Positions 33,121 through 43,419 of a DNA stretch of 64,000 nucleotides are shown here, piece by piece. This DNA is from Acidobacteriota bacterium (GTDB lineage: Bacteria; Acidobacteriota; Thermoanaerobaculia; UBA5066), in the NCBI GenBank assembly GCA_008363385.1, contig RHKY01000005.1, positions 128,518 through 192,517 on the forward strand, read 5' to 3'. Both the position numbers and the translations under genes were made by a program. The number at the start of each line of letters is the position of its first letter. The first letter of the stretch is position 1. The notes beneath the pieces are model-generated. The model did not search any database, had not been told where the DNA came from, and saw only the letters and a program-made list of their open reading frames with translations.

Positions 33121-35289
33121 ATGCGCCACCCCCTCCGTCCGTGGCTCGCCCCCGCGGCCCTGGCCACCCTCGCCCTGATCGCCGCGCCCGCCGCCCGGGC
33201 CGCCGAGACCGCGAAGAAGCCCTTCACGATCCAGGACCTCTACCGGCTGAAGGGGGTGGGCGAGCCGGCCCTCTCGCCCGACGGGCGGACGATCGTCTTC
33301 ACCGTCTCGACGACGGACCTCCCGGCGGCCAAGAAGACGACGAACCTCTGGCGGGTCGACGCCGACGGGACGAACCTCTCCCGCCTCACCTTCACCCAGG
33401 GGGCCGACACGCACCCGCGCTTCTCGCCGGACGGGAAGACGATCGGGTTCCTCTCGACGCGCTCCGGGGACCCACAGCTCCACCTCCTCCCCCTCGGCGG
33501 GGGCGAGGCCGAGCGGAAGACCGACTTCCCCGGAGGGGTCGGGAGCTTCTTCTTCTCGCCCGACGGCAAGCGGGTCGCGCTCGTGGCCGAGGTCCACCCC
33601 TCCTGCGGCGCCGACGCGGACTGCAACAGGAAGGCCGACGAGGCGCGCGAGAAGGGGAAGATGAAGGCGCACCTCTCCGACCGCCTCCCCGTCCGGCACT
33701 GGAACGCCTGGAGGGACGACAAGCGCTCGCACCTCCTCCTCCTCGACCTGGCCAAGGAGGGGGGAAGCCTCCGGGACCTGACGCCGGGCGACGCCGACGT
33801 GCCCGCCTTCGCCCTCGGCGGGGAGGCCGAGGTGGCCTTCTCGCCCGACGGGAAGGCCCTCGTCTTCAGCTCGAACCGGGACGAGGCGCTCGCCGCCTCG
33901 ACGAACTCCGACCTCTTCGAGGTGCCGGTGGACGCCCCGGACGCCTCGCTCGCGAGCCCCCGGCGGCTGACGGGGGCGAACCGCGCGTGGGACGGCTCCC
34001 CCGCCTTCTCGCCCGACGGGAGGTTCCTGGCCTACCGCTCCCAGAAGACGCCCGGCTTCGAGGCGGACCTCTTCCGGATCTCTCTCCTGGACCGGACGGC
34101 GGGGACGACGCACACCCTGACCTCCGGGTTCGACGACACGATCCGCGACCTGGCCTTCTCGGCCGACGGCAAGAAGCTCTACTTCACCGCCGAGATGAGG
34201 GGGCGGACGCCGCTCCACGAGATCGACCTGGCCACGGGCAAGCTCCGCGTCCTGACGTCCGACGGGACGCTCGACGCGTGGCACGTCTCGCGCGACGGGA
34301 CGTTCGCCGTCGTGGCGCGCCGGAGGATCGGGAGCCCGTCCGAGCTCTGGCGGGTCGACCTGACCGGGAAGGCGAAGGAGCCGGAGGTCCGCCTGACGCG
34401 GTTCAACGAGCCGGTCGAGAAGGAGGTCGACATCCGGACCGCCGAGGAGGTCTTCGTCGACGGCGCCGCCGGGAAGAAGGTGCAGGTCTGGATCGTGAAA
34501 CCGCACGGCTTCGACCCGGCGAAGAAGTACCCGCTCATCCTGAACGTCCACGGCGGCCCGCAGCAGCAGTGGGCCGACGCCTTCCGCGGGGACTGGCAGG
34601 TCTACCCGGGGGCGGGGTACGTCGTCGCCTTCCCGAACCCCCACGGCTCCACCGGCTTCGGGTCGGAGTACACGGCCGCCATCTCGGGCGACTGGGACGG
34701 CAACGTGATGACCGACATCCGGAAGGTGACCGACGCCCTGGCCGCCCTGCCGTACGTCGACGCCGGCCGGATGGGCGCCATGGGCTGGTCCTGGGGCGGG
34801 TACGCCATGATGTGGCTGGAGGGGCACACCGACCGGTACAAGGCGCTGGCCGCGATGATGGGCGTCTACGACCTGCGGACGATGCACTCGGCCACCGAGG
34901 AGCTCTGGTTCCCGCAGTGGGACCTGAAGGGGACGCCGTGGGACAACCCGGGCGGGTACCAGAAGCAGTCCCCGTCGAGCTTCGTGACCGGCTTCAAGAC
35001 CCCCTGCCTCGTCATCACGGGCCAGCGGGACTACCGCGTCCCGTACACGCAGTCGCTCGCCTTCTTCACCGACCTGCAGCTGAAGAAGGTCCCCTCGCGC
35101 CTCGTCGTCTACGAGAACGCGGGCCACTGGCCCAGCTGGTACGAGATGGCGCTCTACTACGCCGCCCACCTCGACTGGTTCCACAAGTACCTCGGCGGCG
35201 GCCCCTCGACGCTCGACCCCGAGGCCCTCGTCAGGGGGACGGCGTTCGAGAAGAAGGACGAGGCCGCCCCGGAGACGGCGAAGAAGTAG
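33121..35289 (+). CDS. S9-family serine peptidase (prolyl oligopeptidase / acylaminoacyl-peptidase type) with N-terminal β-propeller
   Basis: Signal peptide. Repeated FSPDGK propeller blades. C-terminal α/β-hydrolase with GWSWGGY nucleophile motif and D/H residues. Confidence 0.8.
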   Translation: MRHPLRPWLAPAALATLALIAAPAARAAETAKKPFTIQDLYRLKGVGEPALSPDGRTIVFTVSTTDLPAAKKTTNLWRVDADGTNLSRLTFTQGADTHPRFSPDGKTIGFLSTRSGDPQLHLLPLGGGEAERKTDFPGGVGSFFFSPDGKRVALVAEVHPSCGADADCNRKADEAREKGKMKAHLSDRLPVRHWNAWRDDKRSHLLLLDLAKEGGSLRDLTPGDADVPAFALGGEAEVAFSPDGKALVFSSNRDEALAASTNSDLFEVPVDAPDASLASPRRLTGANRAWDGSPAFSPDGRFLAYRSQKTPGFEADLFRISLLDRTAGTTHTLTSGFDDTIRDLAFSADGKKLYFTAEMRGRTPLHEIDLATGKLRVLTSDGTLDAWHVSRDGTFAVVARRRIGSPSELWRVDLTGKAKEPEVRLTRFNEPVEKEVDIRTAEEVFVDGAAGKKVQVWIVKPHGFDPAKKYPLILNVHGGPQQQWADAFRGDWQVYPGAGYVVAFPNPHGSTGFGSEYTAAISGDWDGNVMTDIRKVTDALAALPYVDAGRMGAMGWSWGGYAMMWLEGHTDRYKALAAMMGVYDLRTMHSATEELWFPQWDLKGTPWDNPGGYQKQSPSSFVTGFKTPCLVITGQRDYRVPYTQSLAFFTDLQLKKVPSRLVVYENAGHWPSWYEMALYYAAHLDWFHKYLGGGPSTLDPEALVRGTAFEKKDEAAPETAKK

Positions 35290-35317
35290 CGGGCGGACCG
35301 GGGTAACCTCGGGGCGC

Positions 35318-36508
35318 GTGTTCTCCGAGAGGACTCCGTCGGGGGAGCTGACGAACCGTCTGGCCCGCGCGCTCGCCGCGCGGGCCAGGCCGTTCCTGGA
35401 CCTGACGCGGACGAACCCGACCTGCGTCGAGCTGGGGCTCGACCGCTCCCAGGAGCTGGCCCTCCTCGCCGACGCGCGCGGGGCGTCGTACGAGCCGGAC
35501 CCCAAGGGCCTCCTCCGGGCGCGCGAGGCGGTGGCGGGCTACTACGCCGGCCACGGCGTGACGGCGGACCCGTCGCGGGTCCTCCTCTCGGCCTCCACGA
35601 GCGAGGCCTACTCGTGGCTCTTCAAGCTCCTCGCCTCGCCGGGCGAGGCGGTCCTCGTGCCGGCGCCGAGCTACCCCCTCCTCGACGCGCTGGCCGGGCT
35701 GGAAGGGGTGGTCCTCCGCCGGTACCCGCTCGACGAGGCCGACGGGTGGCGGCTCCACGCCGGCTCGGTCGCTGCCGCGGCCGAGGAGGCCGCGCGGGCG
35801 GGGCACCGCGTCGCGGCCGCCGTCTGCGTCAACCCGAACAACCCGACCGGCAGCTCGGTCTCCCTGGAGGAGTGGGGCCGGCTCACCGCGCTCGCCGCCG
35901 AGCGCGGCTTCGCCCTCGTCTCCGACGAGGTCTTCCTCGACTACCGGTTCGCGCCCGCCGCCTCCGACGTCCGCGTGGGCGCCTCGGAGCCGGGCGGGGC
36001 GCTCGTCTTCTCCCTCGGCGGCCTCTCGAAGACGTCCGCGCTCCCGCAGCTGAAGCTCGGCTGGGTCCTCGCGGGGGGGCCGGAGCCGCTCCTCTCAGAG
36101 GCGCTCCACCGGCTGGAGTGGATCGCCGACGCCTTCCTCTCGGTCTCGACCCCGGTCCAGCTCGCCCTCCAGGGGCTCCTCGCCCGGGCTCCCCGCGCCG
36201 CCGCGGCGGTGACGGACCGCGTCCTTCGGAACGAGGCCCTCCTCCGCGAGGCGTTCCGGCCCTCCGGCGCGGTCAGCGTCCTCCCCGTCCCGGCGGGCTG
36301 GGCCGCGGTCCTCCGCGTCCCGGCGCTCGTCCCCGAGGAGGAGCTGGTCCTCTCCCTCCTCTCGGAGGAGGACCTCCTCGTCCACCCCGGCTACTTCTTC
36401 GAGTTCCCGCACGAGGCGTTCCTCGTCCTGAGCCTCCTCCCGGAGACGGGCGAGCTCGCCGAGGGGGTCGCGCGCCTGGCGCGCCGTCTCCTGGAGGGCG
36501 CGCCGTGA
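35318..36508 (+). CDS. PLP-dependent aminotransferase, class I/II
   Basis: NPNNPTGS motif and SLGGLSKTSA (Lys-PLP) motif. 396 aa. Confidence 0.75.
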   Translation: MFSERTPSGELTNRLARALAARARPFLDLTRTNPTCVELGLDRSQELALLADARGASYEPDPKGLLRAREAVAGYYAGHGVTADPSRVLLSASTSEAYSWLFKLLASPGEAVLVPAPSYPLLDALAGLEGVVLRRYPLDEADGWRLHAGSVAAAAEEAARAGHRVAAAVCVNPNNPTGSSVSLEEWGRLTALAAERGFALVSDEVFLDYRFAPAASDVRVGASEPGGALVFSLGGLSKTSALPQLKLGWVLAGGPEPLLSEALHRLEWIADAFLSVSTPVQLALQGLLARAPRAAAAVTDRVLRNEALLREAFRPSGAVSVLPVPAGWAAVLRVPALVPEEELVLSLLSEEDLLVHPGYFFEFPHEAFLVLSLLPETGELAEGVARLARRLLEGAP

Positions 36509-37716
36509 ACGGGGCCGCGCCCCTCTCCCCCGAAGCGCTCGCCGCGCTCTGGCGCCTCCTCCCGGCCGTCGTCTCCGCCTCCGCGATCGCCTCGCTCGCC
36601 TTCGTCGCCCTCCTCCTCTTCGCGCGCGACCGCTCCCGCCGCGACCTCCTCCTCTACGGGATCCTGGCCGCGGGGATCGCGGCCCACCTCCTCCTCCGGC
36701 CGCCGGTCCTCTCGGCGGCGGGGTTCGGCGGCGAGCTCCCGGCGCGCCTGAGGAACGCCCTCTCCTTCCTCCTCCCGGCGACCGGGTGGCTCTTCCTCCT
36801 CCGCCTCCGGCAGGTACCGCTCGGCAGGGCGCGGCTCGCCCTCCTCGTCCTGCCGTTCGCGGGTGTCGTCGCCTCGGCCCTCTCGCCCCCGGCGCTCGCC
36901 CGGCTCCTCCCGCCGCTCTCCGGGGCCCTCCTCGCGCTCCTCGGCGCGGACGTCTTCGTGGCCCTCTCCCACCCGTCGCGGCGGAGGCGGCCCGACACGG
37001 GCCTCCTCTTCGTGGCGACCGGGTCGCTCCTCCTCCTGGCGCTCGTCGAGGCGGCGCTCTCCGAGGGGGTCCTCCTCCTCCCCTCGGCCGACGTGCCGCT
37101 CGTCGGCCCCGGCTTCCTCCTCTTCAGCGCCCTCCTCCTCGTGGCGCTGGCCGACGAGGGGCGCCGCCTCCTCGTGAGGGCCACGACCGACCCGCTGACG
37201 AACGTCCCGAACCGCGCGGCCTTCGTCGAGCGGGCCCGCCGGGAGCTGGAGCGCGCCTCGAGGACCGGCGAGACGCTGGCGGTCGCGATGCTCGACGTGG
37301 ACCGGTTCAAGTCGTTCAACGACCGCTTCGGCCACCAGACGGGCGACCGGGTCCTCTCCGCCGTCGCCCAGTCGATCCAGAAGTCGATCCGCGGCAGCGA
37401 CCTCGTCGGCCGGTACGGGGGGGAGGAGTTCGTCCTCCTCCTCGTGGACGCCGACGAGAAGAGCGCGGTGGCCGCGGTCGAGCGCGTCCGGGCGGCCATC
37501 TCGGCGATCGCCCCGCCCCGCGTCCCCGAGCGGATCACCTGCTCGGCCGGCGTCATCGTCCACCACGGCCGGTTCGAGCGCGCCTCGCTCACGGGCCTCG
37601 TCGCCGCGGCCGACACGGCCCTCTACGAGTCGAAGAAGGCCGGCCGCGACCGGACGACCCTCGCGATCACCGGGGAGGAGCGGCCGACCTCGCCCGCCGA
37701 GGTGCGCTACCGCTGA
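36505..37716 (+). CDS. Membrane-integral diguanylate cyclase (multi-TM N-terminal domain + GGDEF)
   Basis: GTG overlaps the aminotransferase stop. ~6 TM helices followed by GGDEF with RYGGEEF. Confidence 0.75.
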   Translation: MNGAAPLSPEALAALWRLLPAVVSASAIASLAFVALLLFARDRSRRDLLLYGILAAGIAAHLLLRPPVLSAAGFGGELPARLRNALSFLLPATGWLFLLRLRQVPLGRARLALLVLPFAGVVASALSPPALARLLPPLSGALLALLGADVFVALSHPSRRRRPDTGLLFVATGSLLLLALVEAALSEGVLLLPSADVPLVGPGFLLFSALLLVALADEGRRLLVRATTDPLTNVPNRAAFVERARRELERASRTGETLAVAMLDVDRFKSFNDRFGHQTGDRVLSAVAQSIQKSIRGSDLVGRYGGEEFVLLLVDADEKSAVAAVERVRAAISAIAPPRVPERITCSAGVIVHHGRFERASLTGLVAAADTALYESKKAGRDRTTLAITGEERPTSPAEVRYR

Positions 37717-37729
37717 CGGGCCGGGGGCG

Positions 37730-38719
37730 TCAGGGGCGCCTGGGCTTCTTCCCGGGCTTGCCCGTCGGCTTCGGCGTCGCAGCCGGGGGCTGCGGGGGAG
37801 GGAGGACCTCCAGGAGGAGGGAGGTCCCGAGGCTCTCCCAGTCGGCCTTCCGGTAGGCCTCGGCGCGCTTCCGGTCCGCCTTCGTCGTCCGGCGGAGGAC
37901 CGTGGCCGCCAGCAGGAGCCGCCCCGGGCGCGCGAGCGGCACCGTCAGGCTCCCGTCGGGGGCCGTCGTGAAGGCCGTCGCGGTCCCCTCGGCGTCGAGG
38001 AGGCGGACGACGTGGCCCCCGCTGGCCTTCCCGTCCGAGAGGAGCGTGGCCCCGACCGTCTGGCCGGCCCTCAGGCCCGAGGGGTCGGCCGAGAGGACCA
38101 GCTCCAGCGGGAGCCCGAGCGGCTCGGCGGCCGACTCGAGGGCCGGTGCCGCGACGGCAACCTTCCTCGGGTCGGCGACGTGCGCGAAGGTCTTGGCGCA
38201 GGCCGTCGTGACCTGTCGCCCCGGCTTCTTCGTCTCCTTCCGCTTCCTCCTCTCGGCCGCAACGTCGGCGGCCCCGACCTCCTCCAGCCAGGCGTCGAAC
38301 TCGGCCGCGGGGACCTCGGCGAAGACGGGCTTCAGCTGGACGGCGAGGGCCGCCACCCCCGCCCCCGCGTACGTCGCTTCCAGCTTCGTCACCGCTCCGT
38401 CCGCCCGAGCGCCGGTCATCGGCATCGGCCGGCCTGGGCCGAACCGGACGAAGGTCCGGTCGATGGTCGCGGGCTCGACAGGGGCCTCGGAGACCGGGAA
38501 CCGCGAGCCCGTCGCCAGCTCCACGCTCCCCGAGTCGCCAGAGACGAGGGCGGGGCGCGAAGGCGTGGGGCGCGGCGCCGCCTTTCCCGCCCGCGCCCTG
38601 GCCGGAGGGGGCGCCGGGGCGGTGGGTGCGGGCACGACCGCCGTCAGCCACGTCTCGTGGGCGGTGGCGGGGAGGGCGAGGCCGGCGAAGAGGGCCAGAG
38701 CGAGGAGGGTCCGCCGCAT
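37730..38719 (-). CDS. Periplasmic DUF4198 (NikM-like) protein
   Basis: Signal peptide then HETWL, the hallmark start of DUF4198 domains. Pro-rich tail. Confidence 0.5.
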   Translation of the reverse strand: MRRTLLALALFAGLALPATAHETWLTAVVPAPTAPAPPPARARAGKAAPRPTPSRPALVSGDSGSVELATGSRFPVSEAPVEPATIDRTFVRFGPGRPMPMTGARADGAVTKLEATYAGAGVAALAVQLKPVFAEVPAAEFDAWLEEVGAADVAAERRKRKETKKPGRQVTTACAKTFAHVADPRKVAVAAPALESAAEPLGLPLELVLSADPSGLRAGQTVGATLLSDGKASGGHVVRLLDAEGTATAFTTAPDGSLTVPLARPGRLLLAATVLRRTTKADRKRAEAYRKADWESLGTSLLLEVLPPPQPPAATPKPTGKPGKKPRRP

Positions 38720-38743
38720 CCGGCGGATGATAGGGAAGACGCG

Positions 38744-39199
38744 TCAGCGGGGGGACTTCCCCTCCGGCAGGAAGCCCGAGTCGAAGAAGACGAGGAGGGC
38801 GAGGACCCGCCTCTTCGCTTCGAGGTCGGCGCAGCAGGGCTCGGCCGTTCCCCAGACGCTCCCCTGCCGCCGGATCGTGCCGCCGTCCTCGATCTCGCCC
38901 ACGAGGGTCCCGTCCCAGCGGACCTTCCCGTCCTTCTCGAGGGCACCGGCGAGCGTCCCGCCGACCCGGACGTCACCGTTGCGCTCGACGCTCCCGACGA
39001 GGGTCCCCCCCTTCCTCACGGCTCCGTCCGCCTCGACCCGGCCCTCCAGGTGGCCCCCGACGCGGAGGCTCCCGTCGGCCTCGATCGCCGCCCAGAGCGA
39101 TCCCCCTTTGCGGACGTCGACATCCTTCCCGCCGGCCGATGCCGGCACGGGGAGGAGGGCGAGGAGGGCGGAAAGGAGCCCGTGGGGAAATCGGCGCAT
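38744..39199 (-). CDS. Secreted small protein with six tandem 16-residue β-helix-like repeats (bactofilin-like repeat pattern)
   Basis: ATG at 39199 with signal peptide MRRFPHGLLSALLALLPVPASA. Repeats DGx(V/L)RxGG(T/S)LxGxVEx ×6. C-terminal CC and hydrophobic tail. Confidence 0.55.
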   Translation of the reverse strand: MRRFPHGLLSALLALLPVPASAGGKDVDVRKGGSLWAAIEADGSLRVGGHLEGRVEADGAVRKGGTLVGSVERNGDVRVGGTLAGALEKDGKVRWDGTLVGEIEDGGTIRRQGSVWGTAEPCCADLEAKRRVLALLVFFDSGFLPEGKSPR

Positions 39200-39210
39200 C
39201 GCGTCCACCG

Positions 39211-40977
39211 TCACATCGAGATGGAGCCCTTGCGGAAGTCGGTCTTGCCGAGGAGGACGTTGACGAGGACCGGCACGCCCGACCGCGCGCGGCGGAAGGC
39301 GCGCTCCAGGGCGGGCGCCAGGTCCGCCGGGCGCGAGACCACGAGGCCCTCCCCCCCGAACCCCTCGGCGACGCGGTGGTAGTCGGTGGCTCTGAGGGCG
39401 GTCCCCACGTCGTCCCCGAGGACCTCCACCTGCTCGCGGGCGATCTGCGTCCAGCAGGCGTCGTTCCCGACGACCAGGACGACCCCGAGGCGGTGCCGGA
39501 CGAAGGTGTCGATCTCGGCCAGGCCGTAACCGGCGGAGCCGTCCCCCCAGAGGAGGACGACGTCGGACTCGGGGCGGCAGAGCCTGGCCCCGAGCGCGAA
39601 CCCCGCCCCCACGCCGAGCGTGCCGTAGACGCCGGGGTCCAGCCACGACAGGGGCCCGCGCGGACGGAGGACGTACGAGGCCGTCGCCACGAAGTCGCCC
39701 CCGTCGGCCACGACGAGCCCCCCGTCCGGGAGCGACTCCTCGACCGCCTGGCAGGCCAGGACCGGGTCGACGCTGGGCGCCAGCGACGTCCGGGCCTGTC
39801 GCGCGCGCTCGGCGATCTCCGCCTCGCGCTTCTTGTCGCGCGCGGCCAGCTTGGCCAGCCACTCCTCCCTCCGGAAGCCCTCGGGGTGGGCCTCGGCCAG
39901 CGCGCCGAGGAAGAGGTCCGGGGCGGCCTGGACGGCCAGCGCGGGCCGCCGGTTCTTCGTCAGCGCGCCCTTGTCCCGGTTGACAGAGACGACGACGGCG
40001 TTCCTCCCGACCTGCCGGCCGTAGTCGAGCCGGAAGTCGACCGGCGTCCCGGCCAGGAGGACGAGGTCCGCCTCGCGCAGGGACTCCTTGCGCGCGTGCC
40101 GCCGCTGGAGCGGGTGGGCGGGCCCGAGGAGCCCGCGGGCCATCCCCGAGAGGTAGACGGGGAGGCCGAGCGCGCTCACCGCGCGGGCCAGCCCCTCCGC
40201 CCGCGACGGGTCGAGGAGGGCCTGGCTCCCGACGAGGAGGACGGGCCTCTCGGCGTGGGAGAGGAGGAGCGTCGCCGTCCCGACCGACCCGCGCTCGGGC
40301 TCCTGCGGCTCTGCGGCGATCCGCTCCGAGAAACGGACCTCGTCCAGGCCGTCGAACATCTTGTCGAGGTGCCGGCCCAGGTACCAGCGGACCGCCGTCT
40401 CGACGAGGGTCCCCGCCTTCTCCGACTTGCGCCCGTACCACCCCCGGACGAGGCCCTCGTCGTAGAGGAGGTCGACGGGGCACTCGACGAAGACCGGGCC
40501 GGGGACGCCGTCCGGCGCCACCCGGAAGGCCTCCTCGAGAGCCGGGACGAGGTCGGCGACCTTCTCGGCGCTCGTCTGCCACTTGACGACCGCCTTCAGG
40601 ATGGCCAGCTGGTCGATGTCCTGGAGCGCCCCGCGGCCCTTCAGGACCGTCGCGGTGGCCCCGCCCAGGAGGACGACGGGAGACTGCGCGAGCGAGGCGT
40701 TCTCGAGGGCGGTGAGCGTGTTCGTCACGCCGGGGCCCGCAGTGACCGCCGCGACCCCCGGGACGCCGGTCAGCCGGGCGACGGCGTCGGCGGCGAAGAC
40801 GGCGGTCGCCTCGTGCCGCGTGTCGACGACCCGGATCCCGCGCCGCTTCGCCGCCACGAGGATCGGCGAGATGTGCCCGCCGCAGAGGGTGAAGAGGAAC
40901 CGCACCCCCTGCCGGTGGAGGACCTCGGCGACGAGGTCGCCTCCGCCCGGCCGCTCGCTCGCTCCCCGTCCCGCCAT
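39211..40977 (-). CDS. Thiamine-pyrophosphate-dependent enzyme (acetolactate-synthase/POX family)
   Basis: N-terminal TPP-Pyr domain. C-terminal GDGS...GNDACW TPP-binding motif. 588 aa. Confidence 0.75.
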   Translation of the reverse strand: MAGRGASERPGGGDLVAEVLHRQGVRFLFTLCGGHISPILVAAKRRGIRVVDTRHEATAVFAADAVARLTGVPGVAAVTAGPGVTNTLTALENASLAQSPVVLLGGATATVLKGRGALQDIDQLAILKAVVKWQTSAEKVADLVPALEEAFRVAPDGVPGPVFVECPVDLLYDEGLVRGWYGRKSEKAGTLVETAVRWYLGRHLDKMFDGLDEVRFSERIAAEPQEPERGSVGTATLLLSHAERPVLLVGSQALLDPSRAEGLARAVSALGLPVYLSGMARGLLGPAHPLQRRHARKESLREADLVLLAGTPVDFRLDYGRQVGRNAVVVSVNRDKGALTKNRRPALAVQAAPDLFLGALAEAHPEGFRREEWLAKLAARDKKREAEIAERARQARTSLAPSVDPVLACQAVEESLPDGGLVVADGGDFVATASYVLRPRGPLSWLDPGVYGTLGVGAGFALGARLCRPESDVVLLWGDGSAGYGLAEIDTFVRHRLGVVLVVGNDACWTQIAREQVEVLGDDVGTALRATDYHRVAEGFGGEGLVVSRPADLAPALERAFRRARSGVPVLVNVLLGKTDFRKGSISM

Positions 40978-41030
40978 CGCTCTGCCTCCTGGGGTCCCGT
41001 TCTCCGATTCTGGACCACGGAGACGAAAAA

Positions 41031-41072
41031 CCCCCGCGGGAGGACGGGGAGGAGGCTCCGTCTCCCGCGGGG
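41031..41072 (-). terminator. Intrinsic terminator hairpin for the 41104..41925 gene (15-bp GC stem with one bulge, 10-nt loop, followed on the minus strand by TTTTT at 41026-41030)
   Basis: CCCCCGCGGGAGGACGG / CCGTCTCCCGCGGGG inverted repeat seen directly, with an adjacent A5 run on the plus strand. Confidence 0.6.
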
Positions 41073-41103
41073 CGGAGGACCGGGAAGCTCCCGGACCCTC
41101 GGG

Positions 41104-41925
41104 TCAGGACCGGGTGCAGCCGGCCGGGCGTCCCGTCGAGGCCTCACGCAGCTCGACGGTCGCGCCCGTGGCGAGGTCCTTGACCGACAGGGCCACCCAG
41201 GCCTCCTGCTGGTCGACCGTCACCGGCGCCACGACGACCTCGAGCCTCATCCCCTCGGCGATCACGAGGCCCGAGGCGCGGAGCGCCCGGAACGGGGAGA
41301 CGAGGACGCTCTTCTCGCCCCCGGACGTGAGGAGGACGAGGGTGGGCCGGCCCTGCCGGAAGCCGCCGGTGAAGGACTTCACCGTCCCGTCGAGCGTCGC
41401 CTTGCGGGAGAGGTCGGGCCCGGTGCCGTCGCACTGGCCGGCTTCGGGACCGCGCCCGCGTCCCTGGCCGTGGCCCTGGCCCCGGCCTCCGCGGCCGCGC
41501 CCGCCGGCGAAGAGCGGCGTCCCGTCCTCGGCCCTCAGGGGGAGCGTCAGGCCGCGGGTGAGGTTCTTCACCTCGGCGACGGCGACACCCTGGTCGCAGG
41601 CCGTGCAGGCGAAGAGGGTCAGCTCCACGCGGTCGCCGGCGACGGCCGAGAAGCCCTTCTCGACGATGTACCGGTAGGGGCCGAGGACGTAGGCGCCCTC
41701 GGCGCCGTCGGACTTCCTCACGGTCAGCGTCGGCATACCGGCGCCCGGGGCGGCCGCCAGGGAGACGACGTCACCGGTGACGACGGTCTTCTGGGAAGGG
41801 TCGACGGAGGGAGTGCCGCCGGGGTTCCCGCCTCCCGGCCCGCCCTTGCCGGAGCCCTGCTGCGCGAGGGCCGGAAGGGAGACGAGGGCGGCGAGGAGGG
41901 CGGCGGTCGAGAGCTTGCGGAACAT
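41104..41925 (-). CDS. Secreted protein with two tandem homologous β-domains separated by a Gly/Arg-rich linker
   Basis: ATG at 41925 with AGGAGG RBS. Signal peptide [23 protein letters not shown]. Internal duplication. The upstream part of ORF 41104..42402 is low complexity. Confidence 0.55.
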   Translation of the reverse strand: MFRKLSTAALLAALVSLPALAQQGSGKGGPGGGNPGGTPSVDPSQKTVVTGDVVSLAAAPGAGMPTLTVRKSDGAEGAYVLGPYRYIVEKGFSAVAGDRVELTLFACTACDQGVAVAEVKNLTRGLTLPLRAEDGTPLFAGGRGRGGRGQGHGQGRGRGPEAGQCDGTGPDLSRKATLDGTVKSFTGGFRQGRPTLVLLTSGGEKSVLVSPFRALRASGLVIAEGMRLEVVVAPVTVDQQEAWVALSVKDLATGATVELREASTGRPAGCTRS

Positions 41926-42110
41926 GTTCGGTTCCTCCTGTGAGGTCCCCGGCGATCGCCGGGGCCACCCTCGGGCAAGAGAGCCGCGTGCCAGGCCCCC
42001 GGACGGACCCAAGTCCCTCAGGCGAAACGACTTGTGTTGCGCGCGCGGGGCCGGCCGCGGGTCCGCCTGCAACTCCTGCACTCCGCCCGGCCTGCAGCGC
42101 GCTGCAGGCG

Positions 42111-43418
42111 CTACGAGAGCCCGAAGCGGCGCAGGCGGTAGTAGAGCGTCCTCACCGAGACGCCGAGCAGCTTCGCCGCGGCCTCGCGGTTCCCGTCGGC
42201 CTGCCGGAGCGCCTCGACCATCGCCTCGCGGTCGCGCGACTCCTGGTCGAGCGGGAGGGAGGCCGGCTCGCGGGGCGAGGAGGTGGCCGCGGCGGGGCGG
42301 GCCTCCAGGATCCCGAGGTCCTCCGGCCGGATCGGTAGCCCGGCCCGGAGGAGGAGCGCCCGCTCCAGGACGTTCCGGAGCTCGCGGACGTTCCCCGGCC
42401 ACGGGTGCCGTTCCAGCGCCTCGAGCGCCTCGGGGGTCAGCGGGCTCCTTCCGACGGCGTGCCGGCCCGAGAGCGCGGCGAGGAGGTGGGCAGAGAGGAG
42501 CCGGACGTCGCCCGTCCGCTCCCGGAGCGGCGGCAGGGCGACCGGGACGACGGCCAGCCGGAAGTAGAGGTCGCGCCGGAAGGCGCCTCGGTCCACCTCG
42601 GCCGGCAGGTCGCGGTTCGTGGCGGCCACGAGGCGGACGTCCACCGCGACGTCGCGCGAGCCGCCGAGGCGCCTCACCGTCCTCTCCTCGAGCGTCCGCA
42701 GGAGCTTGGACTGGAGGGACGGCGGGAGCTCCCCCACCTCGTCGAGGAAGAGGGTCCCCTTCCCCGCCTCCTCGAAGCGCCCCGCCCGCGCCCGGTCGGC
42801 CCCCGTGAAGGCGCCCCGCTCGTGGCCGAAGAGCTCGCTCTCGGCGAGCGACTCGGGGAGGGCCGCGGCGTTCACCGCGACGAACGGCCCGGAGGCGCGC
42901 GGGGAGCGGTGGTGGAGCCTCCGCGCGATCAGCTCCTTCCCCGTCCCCGACTCGCCGGTGACGAGGACCGGGACGTCCCGCGGGGCGACCCGGTCGACGA
43001 GCTCGAGGAGGTCGAGGAGCGGCCGGTAGCCGGTCACCAGCTCGTCGTCCCCGGCGCCGCGCGACAGGAGGCGCCTCACGACGCCGAGGAGCGCCTCGGG
43101 CGAGGGGAGCGGCTTCGTCAGGTAGTCGGCGGCTCCGAGCCGCACCGCCTCGACGGCGTCGGGGATCGTCCCGAACGCCGTCAGGACGACGACGGGAGCG
43201 GAGACGCCCGAGGCGCGCAGGCGCGTCACCAGCGTCAGGCCGTCGACGCGCGGCATCCTCTGGTCGGAGAGGACGAGGTCGAACGGCTCGCGCTGGGCCA
43301 GGAGGAGCGCCTCCTGACCGTCCCGCGCCGGGACCGCGTCGTGCCCCGCCGAGGCGAGGACGTCCCGGAGGAAGTCACGGAAGGAGGGGTCGTCGTCGGC
43401 GACGAGGATCCGCGCCAC
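42111..43418 (-). CDS. σ54-dependent response regulator (NtrC family)
   Basis: REC (ILVADDD), GESGTGKE, GAFTGA, ESELFGHERGAFTGA, C-terminal HTH. Confidence 0.85.
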   Translation of the reverse strand: MARILVADDDPSFRDFLRDVLASAGHDAVPARDGQEALLLAQREPFDLVLSDQRMPRVDGLTLVTRLRASGVSAPVVVLTAFGTIPDAVEAVRLGAADYLTKPLPSPEALLGVVRRLLSRGAGDDELVTGYRPLLDLLELVDRVAPRDVPVLVTGESGTGKELIARRLHHRSPRASGPFVAVNAAALPESLAESELFGHERGAFTGADRARAGRFEEAGKGTLFLDEVGELPPSLQSKLLRTLEERTVRRLGGSRDVAVDVRLVAATNRDLPAEVDRGAFRRDLYFRLAVVPVALPPLRERTGDVRLLSAHLLAALSGRHAVGRSPLTPEALEALERHPWPGNVRELRNVLERALLLRAGLPIRPEDLGILEARPAAATSSPREPASLPLDQESRDREAMVEALRQADGNREAAAKLLGVSVRTLYYRLRRFGLS

Positions 43419-43419
43419 G

